In this document: positions 9,263 to 18,764 of the stretch, in pieces
Position numbering within the stretch: the first letter of the stretch is position 1
Layout of the letters: every line of letters starts with the position of its first letter
NCBI GenBank assembly: GCA_964580765.1
Contig: CAZOKW010000003.1
Coordinates: 1 to 53,396 of the forward strand
From: an uncultured Candidatus Saccharibacteria bacterium
GTDB taxonomy: Bacteria; Patescibacteriota; Minisyncoccia; 2-02-FULL-40-12; IGHO2-12-FULL-4
DNA: 53,396 bases
Direction: 5' to 3'
The notes under the pieces: generated by a model
Database searches by the model: none
Seen by the model: only the letters and a program-made list of their open reading frames with translations
What the model was told of the DNA's origin: nothing
Position numbers and translations under genes: made by a program

Positions 9263-9601
9263 ATGGAACACCAGATTGACGCCGCCAACCAAATATTCGG
9301 GCGATTAGCCAGTAAAGTGGCCGTAGTTTTGCGCGGAAAAAACAAAGCGTCATTTGATCCCGCTGTGATGCCCAAAGAAAAAGTGACCGTTTTTAATATT
9401 AACAAATTACGCTTCAGCGGAAAAAAAATGGCCCAGAAAGAATATAACCACTACTCCGGATATCCCGGAGGAATAAGAACCCGCTTTCTGGAAGAGGAAT
9501 GGGTCAAAAATCCTTCCAAAATTTTTCAGATGACCGTTTACCAAATGTTGCCTAAAAATAGATTGCGCGATAAAATTATAAAAAACTTAATTGTAAAATA
9601 G
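9263..9601 (+). CDS. rplM: 50S ribosomal protein L13
   Basis: IFGRLASKVAVVLRGKNK... typical L13 N-terminus. Confidence 0.85.
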   Translation: MEHQIDAANQIFGRLASKVAVVLRGKNKASFDPAVMPKEKVTVFNINKLRFSGKKMAQKEYNHYSGYPGGIRTRFLEEEWVKNPSKIFQMTVYQMLPKNRLRDKIIKNLIVK

Positions 9602-9607
9602 TTCAAA

Positions 9608-10123
9608 ATGGTCACAAAAGCCGCTAAAAAAAAGGTAGCAAAAAAGCTGGAGCAAAATCAGATAGCAGCCACAACCAGTCAAAGCGAGAAATACTATGAA
9701 GCGGTCGGCCGCCGCAAAAGCGCTATGGCCAGAGTCAGAATTTACACTAAAAAATCATCTGATTTGTCATTGTCGGAAAGTGAAAATGGAACAGAGAGCA
9801 AAGCCATGATTATCATTAATGATCAAGACCATGCCGATTATTTTCACCATAACGAAGAATTGCAAAACATTGCCGGAGCGCCTCTCAAGAAACTAAAATC
9901 CGTCAACCGTTTCAAGACCACTGTAAAAGTATCCGGCGGCGGAATTCACGGACAAGCCGAAGCGATTCGTCACGGTTTAGCCAGGGCCTTAATACTATTT
10001 GATCCCAATTTTGCTAAAAAACTAAAAAAGTCCGGTTATCTTACCAGGGATTCGCGAGAAAAAGAACGCCGAAAGTATGGATTAAAAAAAGCCCGCAAAG
10101 CCCCGCAGTGGGCCAAACGTTAA
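9608..10123 (+). CDS. rpsI: 30S ribosomal protein S9 with lysine-rich N-terminal extension
   Basis: YYEAVGRRKSAMARVRI, GGGIHGQAEAIRHGLARAL and the C-terminal KKARKAPQWAKR. Confidence 0.85.
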   Translation: MVTKAAKKKVAKKLEQNQIAATTSQSEKYYEAVGRRKSAMARVRIYTKKSSDLSLSESENGTESKAMIIINDQDHADYFHHNEELQNIAGAPLKKLKSVNRFKTTVKVSGGGIHGQAEAIRHGLARALILFDPNFAKKLKKSGYLTRDSREKERRKYGLKKARKAPQWAKR

Positions 10124-10148
10124 AAAAATCCCTCTAGGGATTTTTTTA
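10123..10148. terminator. bidirectional rho-independent terminator between rpsI (+) and the PEGA gene (-)
   Basis: aaaaaaatccctctagggattttttt: a perfect hairpin flanked by an A-run and a T-run. Confidence 0.7.
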
Positions 10149-10228
10149 ACGTTCACATGTCGACATATCGAAATTTAGAAACACCAGCCACTACGGCATA
10201 TCAATTAAAGCCAGGCCGCTTAAATTAC

Positions 10229-11488
10229 TCATTTTATCGTGTAGCGATTGTGAGCATCGCGAGAATCAATTTCAATAACTTCTAACCCTTTTTCTAATTC
10301 CAAAAAGGCATAGTTGCTGTTCTTGTACCAACTTAATCCGCGAATATTTTCAGATACACTGGCCACCATTTCTCTTTCTCCGGCTTTTTTCAGAGGTTGA
10401 TATTCTGTATCTTTAAGCCACTCAATCCAAAACTCATGCCTATTGCGCCAGCCCAGAATAGAATTATCCGGCGAAACAGCAAATCCTTCAGCGTTATTGG
10501 AAAGCAAAATCAGTTCTCCATTTTTTAAAGAATAAAGATGGGAACCGATAAGCGCATAATAAGACCCGTTTTTACTCTCTATTTGTTTAATAACTGGCTT
10601 TACGAAAGAGCCCAGTTCAGCTAAAATCTGTCTATTTTCTCCGTTCCAACCCATTTTTAGTAATTGGCGGGGAGGGTTGGTAACGGCATATACTTCATTT
10701 CCGACAGCCAAAAAGGAGGCCAAATTTTTAGATAGAACAATACTTTTCAAATTATCCACCGAAAAACTGATAAGCTCATTCTTGCCACCGACTGACTGTT
10801 TGGGCGATGGTTTCAAAAAGTAAATCCGGCCGTTGTTTAATGCGGCAGTTCCCAGGTGATATGGCTTGGGAGAACCGATATCGCGAAAAGTTTTTTTATT
10901 CAAATCGAAATAAACAGTTCGGGATGTGTCAAAGGCCAAGGCCTCTTTTCCATTTAAACCCCAGATAATTCCCAAAGTGGCTGGGTCAAAAAGCAAGGAC
11001 TCGCTTTTATAAATAAGCTGGTTACTGTCCATTTCATAAAAACTAAGAGCGTCCTTTCCCAAGTAAGCGGTTTTATGCAATGCCCGGTTAACAAAAAGAA
11101 TATCCGCCTGATCATTCAGAGTCCGCTCAATTTGTCCTTGGCTGAATAAAACAATCCTGGAAAAATCACTGACCAAACCCTCTGCAACTTCAATCTCTTT
11201 TTGCCAAGAGAAATAACCCTCCCTCTGCACTCTGACAGTATAGATACCCGGCAAAAGCTGTTTTTTAGAAAAAGAACCACTCAAAAAAGAAGTATGGCCC
11301 TCCAGTTTATCATTAATAAAAACCTGCGCTTCCGTATTTGATTTTATCACCAAAGAACCAGTTTTAACCAAGCGGTTATTTTGAAAATCATACCGAAAGC
11401 CAAAAGCCAGAGTTAATACTAAAACGCTTAGGCAAATAAAAACAGCCACCGCCCATATAAACAAAATGCGTCTGCTTTGTCTGGTCAT
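10229..11488 (-). CDS. membrane-anchored PEGA-domain protein, probable beta-propeller C-terminal region
   Basis: N-terminal TM helix ILFIWAVAVFICLSVLVLTLAF. PEGA-like segment LVIKSNTEAQVFINDKLEGHTS. The remainder is hydrophilic and repeat-like. Confidence 0.5.
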   Translation of the reverse strand: MTRQSRRILFIWAVAVFICLSVLVLTLAFGFRYDFQNNRLVKTGSLVIKSNTEAQVFINDKLEGHTSFLSGSFSKKQLLPGIYTVRVQREGYFSWQKEIEVAEGLVSDFSRIVLFSQGQIERTLNDQADILFVNRALHKTAYLGKDALSFYEMDSNQLIYKSESLLFDPATLGIIWGLNGKEALAFDTSRTVYFDLNKKTFRDIGSPKPYHLGTAALNNGRIYFLKPSPKQSVGGKNELISFSVDNLKSIVLSKNLASFLAVGNEVYAVTNPPRQLLKMGWNGENRQILAELGSFVKPVIKQIESKNGSYYALIGSHLYSLKNGELILLSNNAEGFAVSPDNSILGWRNRHEFWIEWLKDTEYQPLKKAGEREMVASVSENIRGLSWYKNSNYAFLELEKGLEVIEIDSRDAHNRYTIK

Positions 11489-11490
11489 CT

Positions 11491-11656
11491 TATAGAGGTC
11501 ATCTCAAACCCTCTTTCATTACGAAATTTTAAAAACTTTAAGCGAAAATAATGAAGATTGAGGAAGGATACTAATAGTATTTTGACGAAATCTGAATTAT
11601 TTGTAGCTAAAGTTTTTAAATTGCAGTAGAATATGGGGTTTGAGATGACCTCTACA
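11491..11656. mobile_element. MITE-like element with 21-bp terminal inverted repeats (20/21 match)
   Basis: Left arm tatagaggtcatctcaaaccc at 11491-11511; right arm gggtttgagatgacctctaca at 11636-11656. The left arm starts 3 nt from the start codon of the minus-strand PEGA gene. The right arm is an inverted copy of that gene's 5' end. Confidence 0.45.
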
Positions 11657-11738
11657 CTATTATGCATAAAGTAGAAGTGATTGTAAATCTTGCTTAAACA
11701 CCTGATGGATTATAAACTAGGGACGATAACATCTTATT

Positions 11739-12746
11739 ATGTTTGTAAAAAAGATTGGAATAGATCTGGGCACTACTAATACTTTGGTGTTTGTGCCGAA
11801 AAAAGGAATCGTTATTAACGAACCGTCGGTGGTTTCGATTTCAATTTTAGACAACAAAATAATCGCCGTAGGGAATGAGGCCAAAGAAATGATCGGCCGG
11901 GCGCCGGATAGCATCATTGTTTCCCGTCCGCTTAAAGACGGAGCGATTGCCGACTATCGCGTAACCGAAGCCATGCTCCGGTATTTTATCAGAAAGGCGG
12001 TCGGCAAAATCGGCCTGGTCAAACCGGAAGTGCTTATCTCTGTACCGGCTGGAATTAACTCCACCGAAAGAAGAGCGGTCATTGAAGCCACCATGAACGC
12101 CGGGGCCAAGGCTGCTTATCTGGTCAAGGAACCTGTTTTGGCGGCCATCGGAGCCAAGATAGCCATCAACAGCGCTTCCGGCAACATGATCTTAAATATC
12201 GGCGGGGGAACCGTGGAAGTGGCCATCATCAGCTTGGGAGGGATAGTCAACGCTTCTTCAGCCCGGGTGGGCGGAAACAAAATAGATGAGGCCATCGTTG
12301 ATTACATTAAAAAAAAACACGGCTTGGCCATCGGGAACCGCACCGCCGAATTGATCAAGATCGCCATTGGCAGCGCTATTAAACAAAGTAATGAAGAAAA
12401 AATTAATGTGCGAGGAAGAGATCTGACTACCGGTTACCCCAAAACAGTGGAGATTGGTTCCAATGAAATCACCGAGGCCATGCAAGACCAACTGCGGGAA
12501 ATTATTCAGACCACCAAAAATGTTTTGCAAGATACGCCGCCGGAACTTTGTTCCGATATCATCGATAAAGGCATCGTCATTTCCGGCGGGGGAGCGCTGC
12601 TAAAAAATATCGACACCCTAGTAACTAAAATCACGGGGGTGCCATGCCGAATCGCCGACGACCCCCTTCTCTGTGTGGCCAAAGGCACCGGCGTAGTTTT
12701 AGAAAACTTGGAAGTCTACAAAAGAAATATAATGACGAAAAGATAG
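11739..12746 (+). CDS. mreB: rod-shape determining actin homologue MreB
   Basis: IGIDLGTTNTLVFV..., actin-fold phosphate motifs, ILNIGGGT. Confidence 0.85.
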   Translation: MFVKKIGIDLGTTNTLVFVPKKGIVINEPSVVSISILDNKIIAVGNEAKEMIGRAPDSIIVSRPLKDGAIADYRVTEAMLRYFIRKAVGKIGLVKPEVLISVPAGINSTERRAVIEATMNAGAKAAYLVKEPVLAAIGAKIAINSASGNMILNIGGGTVEVAIISLGGIVNASSARVGGNKIDEAIVDYIKKKHGLAIGNRTAELIKIAIGSAIKQSNEEKINVRGRDLTTGYPKTVEIGSNEITEAMQDQLREIIQTTKNVLQDTPPELCSDIIDKGIVISGGGALLKNIDTLVTKITGVPCRIADDPLLCVAKGTGVVLENLEVYKRNIMTKR

Positions 12747-12750
12747 AGTG

Positions 12751-12972
12751 GTCATAATGCCAAGTACTGCTTTTTCCGGACGCTCACTTTTTTCCGGCGA
12801 AAAAGCTCGCTCATTGTAAGCAGTGGATTCGGAAAGAATTAAAAGATTAATTATATTCTTTCCGTCCAGCTCGCTACTTTTTCCGCATAATTCTGCTGAA
12901 TAGATTGCAAAAGTAGCTCGCGAGCAATCCACCGCTTACAGAGCCTTCAAAAGCAATACTTGGCATTATGAC
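12751..12972. mobile_element. MITE-like element with 24-bp terminal inverted repeats and nested internal palindromes
   Basis: gtcataatgccaagtactgctttt at 12751 and aaaagcaatacttggcattatgac at 12949 (23/24 match). Internal partner pairs ctcattgtaagcagtggattc / gaatccaccgcttacagag. Confidence 0.5.
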
Positions 12973-12982
12973 TTTGATATTG

Positions 12983-13012
12983 CAAACAAAAAAGCGCGGG
13001 GAATCCCCACGC
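12983..13012 (-). terminator. rho-independent terminator after the small minus-strand ORF
   Basis: Minus strand reads gcgtggggattccccgcgc followed by tttttt. Confidence 0.5.
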
Positions 13013-13019
13013 CGCAGTA

Positions 13020-13139
13020 CTACTCTTCATCATCATTCGCCATTTTTTCGAGACTTTCATGGATCTTGGATAGTTTCCAACTGATCATGACAAGCATGTA
13101 AGCAATAAACACCACCAACCCAAAAAATACTGACTCCAT
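13020..13139 (-). CDS. small hydrophobic protein (39 aa)
   Basis: Hand translation MESVFFGLVVFIAYMLVMISWKLSKIHESLEKMANDDEE. Strong SD GGAGGTG 5 nt before the ATG. Terminator immediately downstream. Confidence 0.35.
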   Translation of the reverse strand: MESVFFGLVVFIAYMLVMISWKLSKIHESLEKMANDDEE

Positions 13140-13191
13140 AGGACACCTCCTTCTTTACTTTTAATCATAAACATACAGTTTAGTACTTAAA

Positions 13192-14445
13192 ATGTCAAGT
13201 AATCCCCTGAAAAAAATCGCCTTAGTTCATGACTGGCTTTTGGGATTGGGGGGGGCGGAGAGGACACTGAAGGTTCTGCATGAGATGTTTCCCCAAGCGC
13301 CAATTTATACTTTTTTTTACAACAAAAAATTTACCGATAAATTTTTACCGAACGCTCAAATTAGACCCTCCTTCATCCAGAAAATTTGTAAACTAAAAAC
13401 TATAAACTATAAACTATTCTTGCCCCTTCTGCCCATTGCCGCCGAGTCATTTGATTTAAGCCATTTTAATCTGGTCATCTCATCTTCCATCGCCTTTTCC
13501 AAGGGACTGATTTTGAAACCGAAAACAAAACATATCTGCTATTGCTACAGTCCCACTCGATTTTTGTGGGATTGGCACCAGGAATATTTACTTGGAAACG
13601 GGGTTTCCAAGTTAAATAAAGGATGGGGAGTTAAAATACTTCAACATTTTTTAAGAATCTGGGACCGGCAGTCCGCCAATCGGGTGGACCAGTTTGTGGC
13701 TATTTCCAAAACTGTTCAGCAACGCATTAAAAAATATTACGGACGAGATTCGATTGTAATTTATCCGCCAGTTACCAGAATTGAAAGCAGTGTACTCCCT
13801 CGGGACATTGATTTTCCCAGCGAGAAAATCAATTCACTGTCGGCTATGGATTTTGTCCGAAGTGAGGAAATTATACTTCGTCCAAACCATGCAATCCACA
13901 GCCGACAGTGCCCTCTGGAGTACACTGCTTCCAAATCTGATCTCATACCAAATTATTACTTAATCGTTTCCCGTTTATTCCCACACAAAAACATTGATAT
14001 CGCTATCAGGGCCTTTAACAAATTGGAACTGCCTCTGATAATTATCGGCGCTGGGCCGGAATATGGAAAATTAAAAAAAATAATTGAGAACAAGAATATG
14101 ATAAAATTACTGGGAGAGGTGCCGGATACAGAATTAGGAAACTATTACGCCGATACTAAGGCCTTTATCATGCCACAGGAAGAGGACTTTGGCATGACTC
14201 CATTGGAAGCCATGGCCTTTGGCAAACCGGTTCTGGCCTTGCGAAAAGGAGGGGCGCTGGAGTATGTTTTAGAAGGAATCAATGGAGAATTTTTTGACGA
14301 CCCTCATCCCGCCATTTTAGCCGACGGGGTCCGCCGTTTAAACGAAAATTATAAAAATTACAGCCCTTTAGTCATAAAAAAAACTGCGGAAAGATTTTCA
14401 CGCAGTCGGTTTGAAGAGGAGATAAAAAACATTATTTCAAAATGA
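13192..14445 (+). CDS. GT4-family glycosyltransferase with an in-frame palindromic-element insertion
   Basis: N-terminal ALVHDWLLGLGGAERT glycosyltransferase motif. The 141-bp family-4 element at 13788-13928 is a multiple of 3 and keeps the frame. Confidence 0.7.
   Translation: MSSNPLKKIALVHDWLLGLGGAERTLKVLHEMFPQAPIYTFFYNKKFTDKFLPNAQIRPSFIQKICKLKTINYKLFLPLLPIAAESFDLSHFNLVISSSIAFSKGLILKPKTKHICYCYSPTRFLWDWHQEYLLGNGVSKLNKGWGVKILQHFLRIWDRQSANRVDQFVAISKTVQQRIKKYYGRDSIVIYPPVTRIESSVLPRDIDFPSEKINSLSAMDFVRSEEIILRPNHAIHSRQCPLEYTASKSDLIPNYYLIVSRLFPHKNIDIAIRAFNKLELPLIIIGAGPEYGKLKKIIENKNMIKLLGEVPDTELGNYYADTKAFIMPQEEDFGMTPLEAMAFGKPVLALRKGGALEYVLEGINGEFFDDPHPAILADGVRRLNENYKNYSPLVIKKTAERFSRSRFEEEIKNIISK
13788..13928. 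mobile_element. family-4 palindromic element (TIR gcagNNtact...ccctc) inside the GT4 gene
   Basis: Outer inverted repeat gcagtgtactcc / ggagtacactgc. Inner pair cactgtcggctatggat / atccacagccgacagtg. Core ggattttgtccgaagtga...ttcgtccaaaccatgcaatcc is shared with the copy at 50689-50839. Confidence 0.6.
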
Positions 14446-14537
14446 CATCATTACTTTATTCTGAAACCTCTTTCCAGTACCACCTCAATACCAGTCACGC
14501 AAACAACAATCAAACAAAACCATAAAAAAGTTTCCAT

Positions 14538-15512
14538 ATGTCACCTCGTGTTTTTATAATCATTCTCCAGTACAACCATTCCCAAGACACTATTAAGTGC
14601 CTTGATTCGGTTGGGAAATTGACCTACCCCAACTTTCAAACAGTTGTCGTGGACAATGCTTCTCAAAGTTCTGAAAAAGATAATATCAAGAACTACATAA
14701 AAAGTCAAGGCAACATTGTTTTGCTCGAAAATGAAAAAAATTTGGGATACGCCGGAGGAAATAATACCGGAATAAAATACGCTTTAGCCCATGGCGCGGA
14801 TTATGTTTTCATTTTAAATAACGACACGACTGTTCCGCCGGACTTACTTGAGAAATTGGTAAACGAAGGGGAAAGTGACTCTAAAATTGGAATAGTGGGA
14901 CCGGCCATCAAAGAAGGGGATGGGCGAATCGCTTACTACGGAAAAATCTCCTGGCTCAAAGCAGAACTGAAACATGTCTATGGAAAATCAGCCATACACC
15001 TACTCGAAAATTCCCGAGCGACAAGTCGAGGGTCGAGAGTGGGTGGTATGGCTGATTTTCCCGATCGAGTACGAGTATTAGGGCCGAAAGAATATGTCAT
15101 CGGGGCGGGAATGCTTATCAAAAAAGAGGTACTGGAAAAGATAGATGGTTTTGATGAGGTTTACTTTCTATATTTTGAAGATGCCGACCTCTGTCTGCGC
15201 GCCCAATTAGCCGGTTATAAGCTCAAAATTGCCCCAGAAACAATGATTTATCACCAAGGAGCCGCCAGCACCTCTACTCTTGGCAAACCGCTACTTTTAC
15301 GGTACCATATGAGGAACGCTCTGATTTTTAACTCGCTCAACGCGCCTTGGCCAGTTAAGTTTAGTTTAATCTTCTGGTCCAGCTACATTTTACTGAAAAA
15401 CTTTTTGAAAGTTTTTCTTTTGCCATCCAAAGTAACGGCCGGAGAAGCCATCATTGACGGCGTGCTGGATTTTTATAAAAACAACTACGGAAAAATAAAT
15501 ACTCCCAATTAA
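14538..15512 (+). CDS. GT2-family glycosyltransferase with an in-frame family-2 element insertion
   Basis: VVDNASQ, GYAGGNNTG and EDADLCLRAQLAGYKL motifs. The frame is maintained across the 14985-15058 insert, which encodes KSAIHLLENSRATSRGSRVGGMADF. Confidence 0.75.
   Translation: MSPRVFIIILQYNHSQDTIKCLDSVGKLTYPNFQTVVVDNASQSSEKDNIKNYIKSQGNIVLLENEKNLGYAGGNNTGIKYALAHGADYVFILNNDTTVPPDLLEKLVNEGESDSKIGIVGPAIKEGDGRIAYYGKISWLKAELKHVYGKSAIHLLENSRATSRGSRVGGMADFPDRVRVLGPKEYVIGAGMLIKKEVLEKIDGFDEVYFLYFEDADLCLRAQLAGYKLKIAPETMIYHQGAASTSTLGKPLLLRYHMRNALIFNSLNAPWPVKFSLIFWSSYILLKNFLKVFLLPSKVTAGEAIIDGVLDFYKNNYGKINTPN
14985..15058. mobile_element. family-2 RPE-like palindromic element, copy 1, in-frame in the GT2 gene
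   Basis: aaatcagccatacacc...ctcgaaaattcccgagcgacaagtcgagggtcgagagtgggtgg...tatggctgattt with a terminal 16-bp imperfect inverted repeat. Confidence 0.7.
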
Positions 15513-15520
15513 TTAAATTG

Positions 15521-15691
15521 CTAGCTTTCGTTCAAATATGACCGATTGGCTGCAAATTACCGAAGCGGAGTGAAAATTTGGCCGGTAGATTAAAATTCGG
15601 TCCGACTCTTGGAGGGGTACTGAATTTTAGTCGGCAAATTGAGCAAAGCGAGGATAATTTGTCCAAGAGGACATCTTGAAAAGAGAGCTGG
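15521..15691 (+). ncRNA. candidate structured element SE, copy 1, upstream of the GT4 gene
   Basis: Near-identical to 34399-34589 over about 160 nt (ttcaaatatgNNcgattgg...ggaggggtactgaattttagtcggcaaattga...gcgaggataatttgtccaagagg.catcttgaaaagaga). It ends 17 nt before the ATG at 15709. Confidence 0.4.
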
Positions 15692-15708
15692 CAATTTAAT
15701 TAAAAAAT

Positions 15709-16875
15709 ATGTTAAGAATTGGTATAGAGTGCCATGCTCTAGAGGCAAATCGTTGGGGAGTGGGGCACCACTTAGCAAAACTGCTTGAAGAAATTTCTAT
15801 AAAATCTGAACTCGCCAACGAGTTCAGATTTTATCTTTACTTTAAAGGTCGTATTCCTGACGATTCTTACCTTAATAACCCCATCTTTGTAAAAAGAATT
15901 TTAAAACTACCCCTCATTAGTCCATCTTTTAACATTTTTTTTCATTTTCTTTTGCCCCTGGTCTACTTCAGAGACCATCTGCAAGCGGTCTTTTTTGCCG
16001 GTTTTATGTTGCCGGCATTTTTTCTGGGAAAATCATTGGTTCTTCTGACTAGCGACGTCTACTACGAATACACTCAAGGCCAATTGCCATTTCGCTACAA
16101 ATTGAGCTACGCCCTTTTCGCTAATTGGGCCGCTTGGCGCGCCACCAAAATTACCTCTCTATCAAACACGGACAAAGAGGAAATAGTAAAGATGTTTAAA
16201 ATTGCTCCTGAAAAAATCTCAGTCAATTATTTAGGGGTTGACCAAAAGCAGGTGGTTACCTCCCTTTTGCAGTTCGTCGGCGACGAGTCCGACGCAAAAA
16301 AGGGAGGTAACCACCTGCCTTTAAATTATCTTTTGTATGTTGGTCAAGCTTTTCCCCGAAGGAGAGCCAAGGAAACTATTCAATCCTTTGCTATTTTAGC
16401 TCCTAAGTATCCTGATTTAAAATTAATTCTGGTCGGCCAAGATAAATACAATCCGCCCGTTCTGCAAAATTTAGTTAAAGAAACAAACCAAAAACTCGGC
16501 GGGGAAAGAATAATTTATCATGGTTACATAGAAAACGACGATGAACTGCAAAAACTGATGGCCGGAGCAAAATTATTTATTTATCTATCGTCTTCCGAGG
16601 CCTTTGGTATTCCACCCCTGGAAGCACTAGCCGCCGGCGTTCCTCCGATAGTTAAAGACAACGACCTGAATCATGAACTTTATGAAGGCCATGCTTTTTA
16701 TGTGAAAGATGAAAAAGACCCGGTACAAATTGCCCTTGCTCTGGAAAAAGCTCTGACCGATATCGTCCGCCGTCAAGAAATTATTCAAAATTCAGAAAAA
16801 GTAATTTCAAAGTTCAACTGGAAAAATCACGCCGAAAAATTCCTTGAGACCATGAGAGAAATAGTAAAAAATTAA
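15709..16875 (+). CDS. GT4/GT1-family glycosyltransferase
   Basis: C-terminal EAFGIPPLEALAAGVPPIV retaining-GT motif. Confidence 0.7.
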   Translation: MLRIGIECHALEANRWGVGHHLAKLLEEISIKSELANEFRFYLYFKGRIPDDSYLNNPIFVKRILKLPLISPSFNIFFHFLLPLVYFRDHLQAVFFAGFMLPAFFLGKSLVLLTSDVYYEYTQGQLPFRYKLSYALFANWAAWRATKITSLSNTDKEEIVKMFKIAPEKISVNYLGVDQKQVVTSLLQFVGDESDAKKGGNHLPLNYLLYVGQAFPRRRAKETIQSFAILAPKYPDLKLILVGQDKYNPPVLQNLVKETNQKLGGERIIYHGYIENDDELQKLMAGAKLFIYLSSSEAFGIPPLEALAAGVPPIVKDNDLNHELYEGHAFYVKDEKDPVQIALALEKALTDIVRRQEIIQNSEKVISKFNWKNHAEKFLETMREIVKN

Positions 16876-18749
16876 TGCGAGAGGCTCCGGTGGACATACT
16901 TTTGTTCGACGGCGCTACAGGGATTCCGCAACGGGCCACTGCAGACATTGTGGCTACCGTTGCGGAACCTTCCATGCGACACAAAAGTGTCCCCACTCCG
17001 CCTCTGGTAAATATGTTTAAACACTTTGATACTCTTAAAAAACCAGTTAATGTCATCTTCCTAGTCCAAATTGTGGTCGTCTTTTTGGTGGCCTTCGGTG
17101 TCTGGCCAAGAACACTGATAATTCCTTTGACGGCCTTAATCGCCATTTTTATTTTACGAGCCGATTTGGAAACATCCGCTTCTTTTTTTATCCGCTCCAT
17201 ACCACTTTTCGTGGCCATTCCTTTTACCTCTTATTTTGATTCTTTCAATATCTGGCGAATCGCCGGGGGATTGATTTTTTTGAAATGGTTTTATCAATCG
17301 TACAAAGAAAGGATAAGAATAGCGGGCAAATCAGCCATACACCTACTCGAAAATTCCCGAGGAGATTCTATGGGCGGGCTAAAGCACCGCCCACCAGAAA
17401 CTTCTCCTGACAGCGACAGTCGAGGGTCGAGAGTGGGTGGTATGGCTGATTTGCTAGTCATAAAAATTAAAAAATATCCTTTAGCGTCTTTGTTAACGAC
17501 TTTTCTTTTACTTTCCACCCTATCCCTTCTAGCCGCCGAAGATATTTTTACTGGAATCAAAAGAATAATTTATTTAATCAATTTGAGTTTAGTTCCTCTA
17601 GTCGTTTACGACTTGATTAAAAAAAAACCCGCCCTCATCAAAAAGTTCTTAGATAGCATTTTGATTTCTGGAGTAATCGTGGCCGGAGTCGGCATCACCC
17701 AGTTAGTCAGCGCTTACTTAATGCCTTTGGGCGCTTTTCTGGATTTTTGGGGAGGTACGGTTCAGCTTGGCTTTTATGGCTCACAGTGGTCCAGTATCGC
17801 TTTAGAAGGGAACACTTGGTTTGCCTACTTCGGCGACCAACTATCTTTGCGAATTTTTTCAACTTTTACGGACTCTCACTCTTTTCCGGTTTACCTTTTA
17901 ATGACAATTCCAGCTCTCTTGGCTTTAGCTAAACTCACTTGGAAACGGGGTTTCCAAGTGAGTGGAATCGTTCTCCTTGTCTTGTATCTTCTGATTATCC
18001 TAAGCGGCACCCGAGGAATATGGTTAGCCGTTTTAGGACCTTTACTGGCTTGGCCGGTTTTAGTTAATTTTCTAAAAAGGGATGGGGGGAGTTTAGAAAA
18101 AAGTTTGTTAAAAAAACTCGGATTGCTCCTTTTGCCATTTTTTCTTCTTTTCGCCGCCGCTTTTCCTATTATGGGCTCGGACCAATTCTGGGTTGAAAAA
18201 GAAAATAATCAAATTCTGGCCAAACGGATTCGTTCCGTTCTCGATTTGAACGAGACATCAAATAGTGGACGGGTAGAAATCTGGAAAAAAACGGTCAAAT
18301 CAATTATTCACCGTCCGCTCCTGGGGGTGGGGATTGGTAACTTTCCAACTGTTCTTTCTCAGCATACTGACTTGGCCAAAGCCGGCTCTTCTGCGCATAA
18401 TCTCTATCTCCATATTGCCGCCGAAATCGGCCTAGTCGGGCTTTTAGCCGCTTTAGGTATTTTGTTCATAATTTTAAAAAGAAGTTGGGATGTTTTCCGA
18501 AGAGCCAATCAGCCACACCCCCACTCGAAAATTCCCGAGCGAGGAGTCGGGGGTCGAGAGTGGGTCGGTGTGGCTGATTGGCTCACTATTAAAACCTACG
18601 CTGCCGCTTTTGTCCTTTACAGTTTGTGGGTTTTGTTTTACTCTTTAACGGATGCGATAATGTTTGACGAGCGCGTTTTTCTCGTTTTTGCCATTAATTC
18701 AGCCGTTATTTTAGGTCTATATAAAACAAAATCCGCCTTAGCGGATTAA
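16875..18749 (+). CDS. O-antigen ligase (Wzy_C)-like polytopic membrane protein, with two in-frame family-2 element insertions
   Basis: Many TM helices. HNLYLHIAAEIGLVGLL Wzy_C-like motif. The start is uncertain because the first 40 codons overlap a family-1 remnant. Confidence 0.6.
   Translation: MREAPVDILLFDGATGIPQRATADIVATVAEPSMRHKSVPTPPLVNMFKHFDTLKKPVNVIFLVQIVVVFLVAFGVWPRTLIIPLTALIAIFILRADLETSASFFIRSIPLFVAIPFTSYFDSFNIWRIAGGLIFLKWFYQSYKERIRIAGKSAIHLLENSRGDSMGGLKHRPPETSPDSDSRGSRVGGMADLLVIKIKKYPLASLLTTFLLLSTLSLLAAEDIFTGIKRIIYLINLSLVPLVVYDLIKKKPALIKKFLDSILISGVIVAGVGITQLVSAYLMPLGAFLDFWGGTVQLGFYGSQWSSIALEGNTWFAYFGDQLSLRIFSTFTDSHSFPVYLLMTIPALLALAKLTWKRGFQVSGIVLLVLYLLIILSGTRGIWLAVLGPLLAWPVLVNFLKRDGGSLEKSLLKKLGLLLLPFFLLFAAAFPIMGSDQFWVEKENNQILAKRIRSVLDLNETSNSGRVEIWKKTVKSIIHRPLLGVGIGNFPTVLSQHTDLAKAGSSAHNLYLHIAAEIGLVGLLAALGILFIILKRSWDVFRRANQPHPHSKIPERGVGGREWVGVADWLTIKTYAAAFVLYSLWVLFYSLTDAIMFDERVFLVFAINSAVILGLYKTKSALAD
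16878..16918. repeat. truncated family-1 hairpin element (half copy, minus orientation)
   Basis: gaggctccggtggacatacttttgttcgacggcgct matches the left half of the reverse-oriented copy at 36301-36380. Confidence 0.4.
17328..17452. mobile_element. family-2 RPE-like element, copy 2, with a 50-nt internal insertion
   Basis: Same termini aaatcagccatacacc / ggtatggctgattt. The extra internal hairpin is gggcgggctaaagcaccgccc. It is in-frame in the ligase gene. Confidence 0.65.
18505..18581. mobile_element. family-2 RPE-like element, copy 3
   Basis: ccaatcagccacacc / ggtgtggctgattgg is a perfect 15-bp terminal stem with paired compensatory changes (atac to acac, gtat to gtgt). It is read in a different frame from copy 2 within the same ligase gene. 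Confidence 0.65.
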
Positions 18750-18764
18750 GCAAAACATATCAAA

